From positions 1 to 54,681 of the forward strand of contig JALTLO010000078.1 in the NCBI GenBank assembly GCA_027001995.1: a stretch of DNA of 54,681 nucleotides, written 5' to 3'. The position numbers and the translations under genes were made by a program. The notes below the pieces were generated by a model. That model was not told where the DNA came from. It ran no database searches and saw only the letters and a list, made by a program, of their open reading frames with translations. Below are positions 9,391-19,095 of this stretch, one piece after another; within the stretch, counting starts at the first letter, position 1; each line of letters begins with the position of its first letter. The DNA comes from Planctomycetota bacterium. GTDB taxonomy: Bacteria > Planctomycetota > GCA-002687715 > DRQF01.

Positions 9391-11244
9391 ATGAGTAAAT
9401 TACTTGACCAGATTAAATCCGCTGAAGACGTCAAGAAGCTCCCTTTAGAAGCTTTGCCTCAATTGGCGGATGAAATCCGCGATCGCATCGTCGAAGTCAT
9501 GCCCATCAATGGCGGCCACTTCGGGGCGGGCCTTGGCATCACTGATTTGACCATCGCTTTGCATCGCGTCTTCGACTTCAGCCAAGATCAATTCGTCTTA
9601 GACGTCTCCCACCAGTGCTATCCCCACAAACTGCTCACGGGCCGCAACGACCTCTACGACAACATTCGTACCAAAGGCGGCCCCGCAGGGTATACCCGCC
9701 CAGCGGAAAGCCCCTATGACTGGTGGTTGTGGGCCCATGCAGGTTCCTCCATCTCAACAGCACTCGGTCAAGCTCGTGGCAATCGGGGCACAGGCAAATA
9801 TGCTGTTGCTATCATTGGCGACGGTTCTGTTTTCAATGGTATGTCCATGGAAGCCCTCAATCATTGGGGTGATCTCTTGGACGAAAAACTCATTGTCATC
9901 TTGAATGACAACGACATGGCCATTGCCCCCACAGTGGGTGGCATGTCCAAACACCTGAAGAACATCAAGAAGGTGGCCCAAGCCGGAGGTTTGTGTGCTG
10001 ATGGCGACGGCAAGGATGCCGAATTAGGACAATTCTTCGAAGCCTTTGGACACCGCTATATTGGCCCCGTTGATGGCCATGACATCCAAGGCATGATTGA
10101 GCTTTTCGAAAAGCTCAAAAATGAGGGCCGCGGTGGTTTCATCCACGTGAAAACCATCAAAGGCAAAGGACACCGGGAAGCAGAAAAAGACCAATGGAAA
10201 TGGCACGCTGTGGGCGGGGCCAAAGTTCCAGGCCCCAAGAAGAAAGAACACAGTCGTATTGGCAGCAGGCCATTCACTGACGTTTTCGTCGACGCCGTCA
10301 TCGCTCGGGCCCGCCTCGATGACAGCGTGGAAGCTCTCACATGCGCCATGCCTTGTGGCACTGGACTGCGAAAGTTCCAAGCAGAATTCCCCGATCGTTT
10401 CTATGATGCCGGTATTGCCGAGCAGCACGCCGTGGCATTCGCCGCAGGTTTAGCCAGCAGCGGCAAGAAAGCCATCGTGGCGATCTACAGTACCTTCCTT
10501 CAGAGAGCCTACGATCAACTCTTCCAAGAGGTTGCCCTCAACAATCAGCCAGTCGTCCTCTGTATGGACCGAGCCGGAATTGTCGGACCTGACGGAGCGA
10601 CCCACAATGGTTGCTTCGATATCTCCTATGTTCGTTCCTTACCTCGCATCAATATCATGGCGCCACGGGATGCTTCTGAGTTAGAAGATATGCTCAACAT
10701 GTCCTTGGACTCGAACGAGCCCTGCGCCATGCGCTATCCCCGCTGTGCGGTGGCTGAGCGTTCCAAGGAATATGAACGTCAAGCTCCAGTAAAAATGGGA
10801 CAATCAGAAACTCTGCGGGAAGGCAGTCATGCCGCAATCGTGGCCTATGGATCAATGGTATATCCGGCTATGGACGCAGCAGCCCTTTTAGCGGAAGAAG
10901 GCATCGAAGTTACTGTGGTCAACGCCCGTTTCGTCCGCCCCATGGACAAGGACATGCTCGAGGATGTCTTAGCCAAACACCCCATCGTGTTCACTGCGGA
11001 AGAGAACACACTTAACGGTGGATTCGGTTCCGCATGCTTAGAGGTTGCCGCGAGAAATCGCTGGGCCGCCGACAGGCTCTACCCAATCGGCTTAGCCGTT
11101 GACTTCGTTGAGCACGGAACCAGAGCCGAAATGTTGGAAGAGCACGGTTTGGATGCTGCTGGGTTGGTCAAAACAATGAAATCGGTTTTCTCCAAGCGTC
11201 AGAGTGAAGTTGATCAGATGATCCGCGACGCTGAAGCATTTTAA
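9391..11244 (+). CDS. dxs: 1-deoxy-D-xylulose-5-phosphate synthase
   Basis: GGHFG, DVSHQCYPHK, IGDGS...ILNDNDM (TPP motif), GIAEQHAV, YSTFLQRAYDQ, DRAGIVGPDGATH. The start could be 9373 instead. Confidence 0.95.
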   Translation: MSKLLDQIKSAEDVKKLPLEALPQLADEIRDRIVEVMPINGGHFGAGLGITDLTIALHRVFDFSQDQFVLDVSHQCYPHKLLTGRNDLYDNIRTKGGPAGYTRPAESPYDWWLWAHAGSSISTALGQARGNRGTGKYAVAIIGDGSVFNGMSMEALNHWGDLLDEKLIVILNDNDMAIAPTVGGMSKHLKNIKKVAQAGGLCADGDGKDAELGQFFEAFGHRYIGPVDGHDIQGMIELFEKLKNEGRGGFIHVKTIKGKGHREAEKDQWKWHAVGGAKVPGPKKKEHSRIGSRPFTDVFVDAVIARARLDDSVEALTCAMPCGTGLRKFQAEFPDRFYDAGIAEQHAVAFAAGLASSGKKAIVAIYSTFLQRAYDQLFQEVALNNQPVVLCMDRAGIVGPDGATHNGCFDISYVRSLPRINIMAPRDASELEDMLNMSLDSNEPCAMRYPRCAVAERSKEYERQAPVKMGQSETLREGSHAAIVAYGSMVYPAMDAAALLAEEGIEVTVVNARFVRPMDKDMLEDVLAKHPIVFTAEENTLNGGFGSACLEVAARNRWAADRLYPIGLAVDFVEHGTRAEMLEEHGLDAAGLVKTMKSVFSKRQSEVDQMIRDAEAF

Positions 11245-11258
11245 GATAAGCCCCCAAG

Positions 11259-11298
11259 AAAACGGCCCTCTCGTAGTCATGGAGAGGGCCGTTTTTTT
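11259..11298. terminator. Bidirectional Rho-independent terminator
   Basis: AAAACGGCCCTCTC-loop-GAGAGGGCCGTTTTTTT between convergent genes. Confidence 0.85.
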
Positions 11299-11322
11299 GT
11301 CAACTCATCCGGACAAGCTATA

Positions 11323-14289
11323 TCAGAAATCGAAGCGAATCGTCTTCGTGTCCCCCACAGCCAAAGTCACCGACTGTTCTTTCTTCTCACCCCCGCTTTC
11401 GCAGGTCACCGTATACGTTCCTGGCTTGAGTCTCTCGTACTTAGCCAACCCGCCTTTGACGAAAAACTTGTGATTGCCGGCGGCACCTTTGACTACGGAC
11501 TGCACGTTTACGTTAAACCAAGCTGAGTCAGCACCTGGCTTGCTCCCTCGGACAACAAGCCTGCACGCTGCCTCCATTTGAAGATCGGCCTGTTTCACAG
11601 CACTCCCATTCGCGACTTCCACCTGTTCCAGGTCACCACCAGAATAGCCATCCTTGCTGGCGGTCACTTTGTAGGTCCCAGCAGATAAATAAGGAATCCT
11701 ATAGTATCCATCTCTGTCTGTTTGCCCGGAAGAATCCACGTTGGAGTTCGAGCCAAAGGCAATCATACCGCCTTCGCCGTCAATGGCATTGACCGCCACC
11801 ACGCTGGTATCGCCGTTAATCCGGTCGTTTTCCATTTCTTCCAGATCATCGCCTTCCTTCACGGGCTTGACCTCAATCCAAGCCTGGGCCACGCCTTGGC
11901 CGTTTTCGTCGGTCACGCGCCCAGAAATACTTCCGGAGGGAACTTCAAAATCGACAGTGAGATCTTCACCCTCCACCAATTCGACGGAGCGAGATTCTCC
12001 GTGAGGCGAACCAGGGATCGCCAAAGACAATTTCTTCTTTCCGGGTTTTAAGCCTTCGATTTCATAGGCCCCACTATCATCAGCAGTCCCCACCTTGCCA
12101 CCTCCGAAGAAGCTTGGCCGCCCAACATCGTTGGCACGAACAACTGCTCCTGGCACCGGCTGCCCCCCAGATCTGACCTTCCCATAGACCCGAGATTTCT
12201 TCAAAAGATGAATGTCTTGCTTGGCCAACTTGTTCGCTTCCAAGTGGACCCATGTGCCTTCTTGCTGCTTCTCTCCACCGGAGAGAATAACGAAAACATT
12301 GCCCGTAGCTTTCTGGGCAGGGATTTCGGCGCGCACGAAATAGTCACCGGGTTTGACCCCTTCGATCAGGTAAACACCACCTTTCCCGGAAGTTTTACTG
12401 GTCTTCCAGTTGGGGGAGAATGACATAACCCTTTCTTCGGTGTCGCCTCCTTCCGCCACCGACTTTCTCTCCAAAGAAACTTTCGCGCCAATGAAAGGGT
12501 TTCCTTCAGGGTCGAAGACGACGCCGGTGATGGACGCTCCGGGGAGCAGGGTGACGACATAGTCAGTCACAGGGTTCTCTGTTCCTAACTCGACAGGAAG
12601 ATCCACTTGATTCAAAAACGACGGGTGCCGGACCGCCAAGAGATGCATCCCGCCGACAAGACCATGAAAGGAGAACGTGCCATCAGACTTCGACTTCGTT
12701 CTTGTTTTCTTGGAGCTAGCCCCGAGGACCGAAGAACTCCCCGGTATCGCATCTGAACCCAAGAGCCCCATGAGCTCGTTTTCGACGTCGTTCTTATTTT
12801 CTTCCTTGACTCTCATGGTCAACGTCGCCCCTGCCACCGGGTTCCCATTCTGATCGACGACCATACCGGCGAATGGAACTTCCGCGACCATCTCGCCCTC
12901 GAGTCTTCGCTCCTCTCCAGGCTTGAGCTCCGAGATCTTGTAGTCAAGGCGTCCAAAACCTGGGGCGGTGATGGAGAAATCCAATGACCGTCGACTGATT
13001 CCATGAATGACAAACAAACCAGCGGTCTCCGATTTACCCAGAATGGCCCCAGCCTCTTGGCCTTTCTTGATGGGGAATCCCTTGGCCACGTCTTGACTCA
13101 GAGTTAGATCGCCAACCTCAACGGAAACTTCAAAATCATTGATGGCCCTCTTATCCCCTTGGGCCACAAGGTAGGCAAAAACAAGAGCAGCTTTCTCAAG
13201 AACAATACCCACATGAGCTTGGCTCGCCTTGGCACGATATTCGTTCATCGTCATGAAACCATCGGCTTCTACGGTCAACAAAACATCCTTGAGGGGAACT
13301 CCAGTGAAAACGAAATTGCCATCTTTGTCCGACTGCACCTGAGCATTTGGATTTTGCTCCCAAAGCAAACGAAAAGTGCCCTGGGGACGGTACTTGATGG
13401 TGGCATTGGCAATGGAAACCCCGGTGTCATCTTGGACATGTCCTTCAATTCGACGGCCCCGTGCCAGCTGGACAACTAAGCCTTCAACCGGCTTTTCGTT
13501 CTTGACGGCGACTTCCAAGTCTTCCAAAGGTATGTAACCTTCGGCCCGAGCGTAGACATGTCCTTGTCCCCCATCTAAACCTGCAAGGCGAAACCGACCG
13601 TTTTCGTCCGTCACAACTGTGCGTCCGCCGTAAACAACGGGGCCAAGAAGCATGACAAAACCAGCCTCCGTCGGATCAGAAACAGAGATTGTGACTTGAA
13701 CGCCCGGCACAGGGACCTTGGCCTCATTCAACACAATGCCCTCGACAATGGCCCCTGGGGTCGCCACCAACTCCCCGACGTCGTGTTTCTCCCCCTCTTC
13801 AATACGAAAGAAAGACGATGTGGCCTTCCTCAGCTCCGCAGGCCAAACTTCGACTCTATAGGGACCACCTTCCTTCACCCCCATGATGGTGAAGAATCCC
13901 TGATCATCCGTCACCGCCGTTTTGAGCACCTGGGCTATTCCTTTTACGGAAGCGAAGAGGCCGCCCTTGGGAGAGTGAGTGAGACGGGCCGCGACCCCTG
14001 CCACGGGCAAACCATCCGCAGAAACAACGCGGCCAATAACGGCGCCACCAGCTTCTGTATCATCTAACTCTTGAGCGCCACTCTTTGTGGGTTTCTCCGA
14101 ATTTGGATCACGATTGCTGGATACAGGCAGAGGAGCACCCGTCCGCCTGACAGCATCTCCACCCTCTTCTTGGATTGTGATGTTCGTCCTATCGAGGTCT
14201 CCCAAATCTGTATCTTGTTGAAACTGATAGAAGATGATCCCTACAACCACCAATGACACCAGGAGAAGAGGCACAGCAATGCGACTCAT
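11323..14289 (-). CDS. Large membrane-anchored protein with tandem carboxypeptidase-regulatory-like (Ig/prealbumin-like) domains
   Basis: N-terminal hydrophobic anchor, then about 7-8 repeats of G.V....G.PV.GA.V ... TD..G.F...G. ATG at 14289 follows an AAGGAAAG RBS. Confidence 0.8.
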   Translation of the reverse strand: MSRIAVPLLLVSLVVVGIIFYQFQQDTDLGDLDRTNITIQEEGGDAVRRTGAPLPVSSNRDPNSEKPTKSGAQELDDTEAGGAVIGRVVSADGLPVAGVAARLTHSPKGGLFASVKGIAQVLKTAVTDDQGFFTIMGVKEGGPYRVEVWPAELRKATSSFFRIEEGEKHDVGELVATPGAIVEGIVLNEAKVPVPGVQVTISVSDPTEAGFVMLLGPVVYGGRTVVTDENGRFRLAGLDGGQGHVYARAEGYIPLEDLEVAVKNEKPVEGLVVQLARGRRIEGHVQDDTGVSIANATIKYRPQGTFRLLWEQNPNAQVQSDKDGNFVFTGVPLKDVLLTVEADGFMTMNEYRAKASQAHVGIVLEKAALVFAYLVAQGDKRAINDFEVSVEVGDLTLSQDVAKGFPIKKGQEAGAILGKSETAGLFVIHGISRRSLDFSITAPGFGRLDYKISELKPGEERRLEGEMVAEVPFAGMVVDQNGNPVAGATLTMRVKEENKNDVENELMGLLGSDAIPGSSSVLGASSKKTRTKSKSDGTFSFHGLVGGMHLLAVRHPSFLNQVDLPVELGTENPVTDYVVTLLPGASITGVVFDPEGNPFIGAKVSLERKSVAEGGDTEERVMSFSPNWKTSKTSGKGGVYLIEGVKPGDYFVRAEIPAQKATGNVFVILSGGEKQQEGTWVHLEANKLAKQDIHLLKKSRVYGKVRSGGQPVPGAVVRANDVGRPSFFGGGKVGTADDSGAYEIEGLKPGKKKLSLAIPGSPHGESRSVELVEGEDLTVDFEVPSGSISGRVTDENGQGVAQAWIEVKPVKEGDDLEEMENDRINGDTSVVAVNAIDGEGGMIAFGSNSNVDSSGQTDRDGYYRIPYLSAGTYKVTASKDGYSGGDLEQVEVANGSAVKQADLQMEAACRLVVRGSKPGADSAWFNVNVQSVVKGAAGNHKFFVKGGLAKYERLKPGTYTVTCESGGEKKEQSVTLAVGDTKTIRFDF

Positions 14290-14422
14290 ATCTTTCCTTT
14301 CCCAAACTGTGAGGCGACAAAAAGACAAGGTAGGACCTCAGGCACTCTTGCTCAATTCAACCGAGAGTACTATGAAGAACGTCAACTTCGAGTTTTGACT
14401 CCTGTCAAAAAAGGAAATTATT

Positions 14423-15286
14423 GTGCGAATTCTACCCCTGGCACTCATGGGCCTTACTTTTCTCTCCATCCCAGCTTGCGGCGACAATGACAAAGTTGAA
14501 CTTTTTCGGCGCGAGATCTTAGAATCCCGAGAAATGGACAAGGCCCCAGCCTTGGACGTCAGAATTGACAATGGCAGTGTGACTGTCCGGGCCTGGGACA
14601 ATCCGAGCCTCAAGATTCGCGCCGTCGTGCGAGCCACTTCCGACGACCGGGCTCAATCCTGCAAGATTTCCAGTAAGATCGAAAATGATACTTTGAATGT
14701 CAAGATCATATGGCCAGAGGGTGGCAGACTCCCAGATGAGCGTTGCAATATCACCGTCAACTTACCTTACGGAAACTCAACACACATTGCCGCCAAGAAT
14801 GGCGACATCAAAGCCCAACACCTGGAAGGTTCTCTGACCATCGCCGGGATTAATGCCAGGGTTGAAGTCAACAGTCACGAAGGAGATGTCACGATTAGCA
14901 ACACCCATGGCAACATCTCCTGCCAAGAGATCCAAGGCAAGTTTACGGCGAAAAACACCAACGGGTACGTGAAAGTGATTGGCGTCCAGGACGACGTCAA
15001 GATCGAGACTTCCAACGAGCGCATCGAACTCGTGTGCTATCCCACCTTTGACGGCGTGGTGGACATTGACGCAACCAATACCGGAATCCAGATGACCGTG
15101 GGCAACTCTCAAGTAGGTGAGTTCACTTTAGAAACAACCAACGCAACCCTCGCTTGGGACTTGGGGAGCCGGGGCCAGCTGATCACCAACCCGAGTGAAA
15201 ACAAAGCGGTCATCGCCGTGGGCAGTAGACGCAACAAATCCCACATCAAAACCACGAACGACCGAATAAAGCTCATCATCCTCTAA
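14423..15286 (+). CDS. Putative lipoprotein with adhesin-like beta-strand repeats (DUF4097-like)
   Basis: Lipobox-like LSIPAC; repeated xxNG.I / TTN..I units. Confidence 0.7.
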   Translation: MRILPLALMGLTFLSIPACGDNDKVELFRREILESREMDKAPALDVRIDNGSVTVRAWDNPSLKIRAVVRATSDDRAQSCKISSKIENDTLNVKIIWPEGGRLPDERCNITVNLPYGNSTHIAAKNGDIKAQHLEGSLTIAGINARVEVNSHEGDVTISNTHGNISCQEIQGKFTAKNTNGYVKVIGVQDDVKIETSNERIELVCYPTFDGVVDIDATNTGIQMTVGNSQVGEFTLETTNATLAWDLGSRGQLITNPSENKAVIAVGSRRNKSHIKTTNDRIKLIIL

Positions 15287-15489
15287 TCTTCTCGCCCCGA
15301 GGGGAAGACAGAAGAGGCATAATGCCGTAGAAATAGGGGCGTGATCGGCTTTACCCTTGAGCGGCCAATAACAGAAGAAGTTCCTTCGTAAACGCCCAGC
15401 TCAACTTCCAAGCCAATAACTAGGTGTGCTGATTCTTTCAGCCTCTTCGGCCCAAGTGTTTCAGTTCGAGAAAAGGACAGGTTCAGACC

Positions 15490-16653
15490 ATGGCCAAAGT
15501 GTTCATTCCCAAGGAAATCGCAGACGGCGAACGGCGCGTCGCGGCCAGCCCGGAAACGGTGGGAAAACTCATCAAGGCTGGTCTCGAGGTAAGCATCGAA
15601 GCTGGGGCTGGCCGCATGGCTGGCATCCGTGACGACGACTACACCGGGGCTGGTGCTTCTATTCAATCGTCCGCTGCCGACGGGATGAGTCAAGCAGACG
15701 TCATTCTTAAAGTTCGTGAACCCATGCCTCACCCTGGGGGCAAACACGAATTAGAGATGGTGAAAGAAGGGGCTGTTTTCGTTTCCTTCTTGGTGCCCCA
15801 ATCGGCCCAAGATGATGTTGTGAAAGCGCAGGATCGAGGGATCCAACTGTTCTCCATGAATTTGATCCCACGAATCTCCCGGGCACAGAGTATGGATGCT
15901 CTCAGTTCCCAGGCGAACATTGCTGGCTACAAAGCAGTGCTCTTGGCCGCTGCCCAACTCCCCCGCTATTTTCCACTTCTGATGACTGCTGCGGGAACCG
16001 TCAAGCCAGCCCGGGTGGTCATTATGGGCGCTGGTGTTGCCGGCCTTCAAGCAATCGCAACAGCCAAGCGTTTGGGTGCCCAAGTTTGGGCTACAGATGT
16101 GCGCCTTGCAGTTAAGGAACAAGTCGAAAGTCTCGGTGCCAAGTTCATCGACGTTCCAGGCATGGAAGATTTAGAAGACGAAAAAGGCTACGCCAAACCC
16201 CCAACCCCGGAGTTCTTAGAACGTCAGCGAAAAATCGTTGGCGATCAAATCGCAGAATCGGACGTTGTCATTACGACGGCTTTGATTCCGGGGCGCAAGG
16301 CTCCCATGTTAGTGCCAAAAGAGCTTGTTGAGCGCATGCGCCCTGGGTCCTGCATCGTTGATATTGCAGCGGAGCAGGGAGGCAATTGTGCCGCCACCGT
16401 TCCTGGGGAGACTGTCGAGGTCAACGGTGTCTACATCATCGGGCCACGAAACCTGCCAGCAAGCCTATCAGCCAACGCCAGCGAGCTCTACGCCCGCAAC
16501 ATCACCACTTTCTTTCTATCGATGGTCAAAGATGGAGAACTCAACTTCAACTTTGAAGACGAAGTCATTGCCGATTCCTGTGTCGTCTTTGACAAAGAAA
16601 TCAAACACGGACCAACGGCATCGTTGATCGCAAACAAAGGAGCATCAGCCTAA
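15490..16653 (+). CDS. pntA: NAD(P) transhydrogenase alpha subunit, domain I
   Basis: ERRVAASPE, RISRAQSMDALSSQANIAGYKAV, GAGVAGLQAIATA, TTALIPG, GGNC. Confidence 0.96.
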   Translation: MAKVFIPKEIADGERRVAASPETVGKLIKAGLEVSIEAGAGRMAGIRDDDYTGAGASIQSSAADGMSQADVILKVREPMPHPGGKHELEMVKEGAVFVSFLVPQSAQDDVVKAQDRGIQLFSMNLIPRISRAQSMDALSSQANIAGYKAVLLAAAQLPRYFPLLMTAAGTVKPARVVIMGAGVAGLQAIATAKRLGAQVWATDVRLAVKEQVESLGAKFIDVPGMEDLEDEKGYAKPPTPEFLERQRKIVGDQIAESDVVITTALIPGRKAPMLVPKELVERMRPGSCIVDIAAEQGGNCAATVPGETVEVNGVYIIGPRNLPASLSANASELYARNITTFFLSMVKDGELNFNFEDEVIADSCVVFDKEIKHGPTASLIANKGASA

Positions 16654-16946
16654 TGGGATCACTTATGCTTATCGCGGGCTTATACGTTTTCGTCCTCGCC
16701 TTGTTCTTGGGTGTCGAACTCATTACCAAGGTTCCGCCTACGCTCCACACACCCTTGATGTCCGGTGCTAACGCCATTTCCGGGATCACCATCGTAGGCG
16801 CATTGGCTTGTGCAACGAGCGCCGCCTTCAGTGGAAGCAATATTCTCGGCTTCCTCGCCATCGTCTTGGCAACGATCAACTGTGTCGGCGGCTTTGCCGT
16901 CACCGATCGCATGCTCAAGATGTTCGCAGCTCCGAGCAAGAAGTAA
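16653..16946 (+). CDS. NAD(P) transhydrogenase alpha subunit, part 2 (membrane)
   Basis: VPPTLHTPLMSGANAISG, IN.VGGF.VTDRML.MF. Confidence 0.95.
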   Translation: MGSLMLIAGLYVFVLALFLGVELITKVPPTLHTPLMSGANAISGITIVGALACATSAAFSGSNILGFLAIVLATINCVGGFAVTDRMLKMFAAPSKK

Positions 16947-16973
16947 CCCTGACAACACGGAAGATTCTCAGAC

Positions 16974-18437
16974 ATGATTGACTTCTTAGTCCACGCACTC
17001 TACCTCATCGGCGCTGGCTGCTTCGTCTTCGGCATCAAGAAGATGTCGCGGGTACGAACGGCCCAACGAGGAAATCGTTTGGCCGCCGCCGGCATGCTCT
17101 TAGCCACAGTTGCCACCTTCATCGCCCTTGGCAATGTTAACTACACCTGGATTCTCGCCGGTCTCATTGTTGGCGGGACCATTGGGGCTATTCTGGCCAA
17201 GCGGGTCGAAATGACCTCGATGCCAGAGTTAGTCGCTCTTTTCAACGGCTTAGGGGGCGCCGCAAGTTTCTTTGTGGCTCTGTCCATGTTTGGCAGCCTC
17301 TACTGGGACATGCTCAGAGACGAAAGTGTTGAGATCACGATCGCCGAAACAATCGGTGGTGCATCCACCGGTGTCGCTCTGGCTCTCAGTTTGCTCGTCG
17401 GTGGCATCACCTTGAGCGGCTCCGTCATCGCTTTCGCCAAGCTGTCTGGCAAGATGAAAGGGGCTCCGATCATTTTGCCTGCCCGTCATGCCATCAACTT
17501 AGCTGCCTTCGCTGCCATGATTGTTTTTGGAGGTTTGGCTGTCTTCGCCACCACAGGTGCCGTCATCACTGGCATTCTGATGTATGCGGTCTTGTTCATC
17601 TCCTTGGCCTTGGGTGTCCTTTTAGTCATCCCCATTGGCGGTGCCGACATGCCCGTGGTGATCTCCTTGCTCAACTCCTATTCAGGCATCGCCGCAGCGA
17701 TGACCGGGTTTGTGCTCTTGGGGGCCAGGTCAGGAAGTGAAGGGGCCCTGATGCTCATTGTCTGTGGTGCCCTCGTTGGCGCTGCTGGCATCATTCTCAC
17801 CGGGCTCATGTGTAAAGCTATGAATCGTTCCTTGCTAAACGTCTTAACCGGTGGGTTCGGTGACACGGGGGGAAGCTCCAGCGGTGACAATTCCGACTAT
17901 GAGAATGTAACCTCCTACAGCGCAGAAGAAGCTGCCATGCTCTTGGATGGTGCCCCCCAGGTCATCATCGTGCCAGGGTACGGCTTGGCCGTTGCCCAGG
18001 CCCAACACGCCATCGCCGAATTAGACGCCCTTTTGGAAAAGAACGACACCGTCGTTAAGTATGCCGTTCACCCCGTGGCTGGACGCATGCCCGGGCACAT
18101 GAACGTGCTCTTGGCTGAAGCCAACATCTCTTATGACAAGCTCTTTGACATGGACGAAATCAATGGTGAGTTCAAGAACACCACCGTTGCTATCGTTGTG
18201 GGGGCAAACGATGTGGTCAACCCTGCGGCCACCAACGACCCCAATTCCCCCATCGCCGGGATGCCCATTCTCAATTGTCACGAAGCGCAAAACGTTATTG
18301 TCATCAAGCGCTCCTTGAGCCCCGGTTACGCCGGCATCAAGAATGAACTCTTTGAGTATCCCAACACCATGATGGTGTTTGATGATGCTAAGAAGGCCAT
18401 CCAAGAAATGGTGAAGGAACTAAAGGAACTCGGATGA
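16974..18437 (+). CDS. pntB: NAD(P) transhydrogenase beta subunit
   Basis: MPELVA.FNGLGG, IGGADMPVVISLLNSYSG, PGYGLAVAQAQ, HPVAGRMPGHMNVLLAEA, GANDVVNPAA. Confidence 0.97.
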   Translation: MIDFLVHALYLIGAGCFVFGIKKMSRVRTAQRGNRLAAAGMLLATVATFIALGNVNYTWILAGLIVGGTIGAILAKRVEMTSMPELVALFNGLGGAASFFVALSMFGSLYWDMLRDESVEITIAETIGGASTGVALALSLLVGGITLSGSVIAFAKLSGKMKGAPIILPARHAINLAAFAAMIVFGGLAVFATTGAVITGILMYAVLFISLALGVLLVIPIGGADMPVVISLLNSYSGIAAAMTGFVLLGARSGSEGALMLIVCGALVGAAGIILTGLMCKAMNRSLLNVLTGGFGDTGGSSSGDNSDYENVTSYSAEEAAMLLDGAPQVIIVPGYGLAVAQAQHAIAELDALLEKNDTVVKYAVHPVAGRMPGHMNVLLAEANISYDKLFDMDEINGEFKNTTVAIVVGANDVVNPAATNDPNSPIAGMPILNCHEAQNVIVIKRSLSPGYAGIKNELFEYPNTMMVFDDAKKAIQEMVKELKELG

Positions 18438-18778
18438 CCACCAAGATTAAATGGTATTACCACCGCAAGAGCTGAACCAGTTGCAAGCGTTCTGATGCTT
18501 TTCTCGACAGCCAGGACGCCACGATCGGGCAGATCGTCAATGCAACAAAAGAGCGCATCGATGCCACCAAGGCTGAAGTGTTGTTGAAGCAACACAGCGA
18601 AATCATCGTGGCTCAAAGGAAGAAAATCTTGCACTTTCACCCCAAGAAAGACGAGGCTGATGACATCCTCAAGGTCATCATGGGGCCATCAGGAAATCTA
18701 CGGGCACCCTCTCTTGTTGTGGGCAATAAACTCGTGGTGGGGTTTCACCAAGAGATGTACACCGCCCTGTTTGATTGA
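18434..18778 (+). CDS. ArsC/thioredoxin-fold protein with in-frame UGA (UxxC); probable selenoprotein, 114 aa
   Basis: ATGA overlap with the pntB stop. Reads MTTKIKWYYHRKS-TGA-TSCKRS and continues in frame into the 18578..18778 ORF, ending GNLRAPSLVVGNKLVVGF (ArsC/Spx-like C-terminus). Confidence 0.85.
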
Positions 18779-18820
18779 GGTCTTCGGCGACAAGCGTCTC
18801 GAGCAGCATCAGTCACAAGA

Positions 18821-18863
18821 AAAACGAAAACCCATGGGCCATTAGCTCATGGGTTTTCGTTTT
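18821..18863. terminator. Bidirectional terminator
   Basis: AAAACGAAAACCCATGGGC / GCTCATGGGTTTTCGTTTT inverted repeat between the selenoprotein gene and tRNA-Leu. Confidence 0.85.
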
Positions 18864-18871
18864 GAGATAAG

Positions 18872-18953
<82 letters not shown>

Positions 18954-19095
18954 GTGCCCTTCATACTAACGGCTCGACAATCCGACTCCAAGGTAGAGAT
19001 CGAGGCAAAAGAGAGCAGATTCCCATCTTGAACGTTGATGGCAGCCTCAACCCTCTGATATCTTCTCCTTGAACCCCATCAGACCGGAGACTCCG

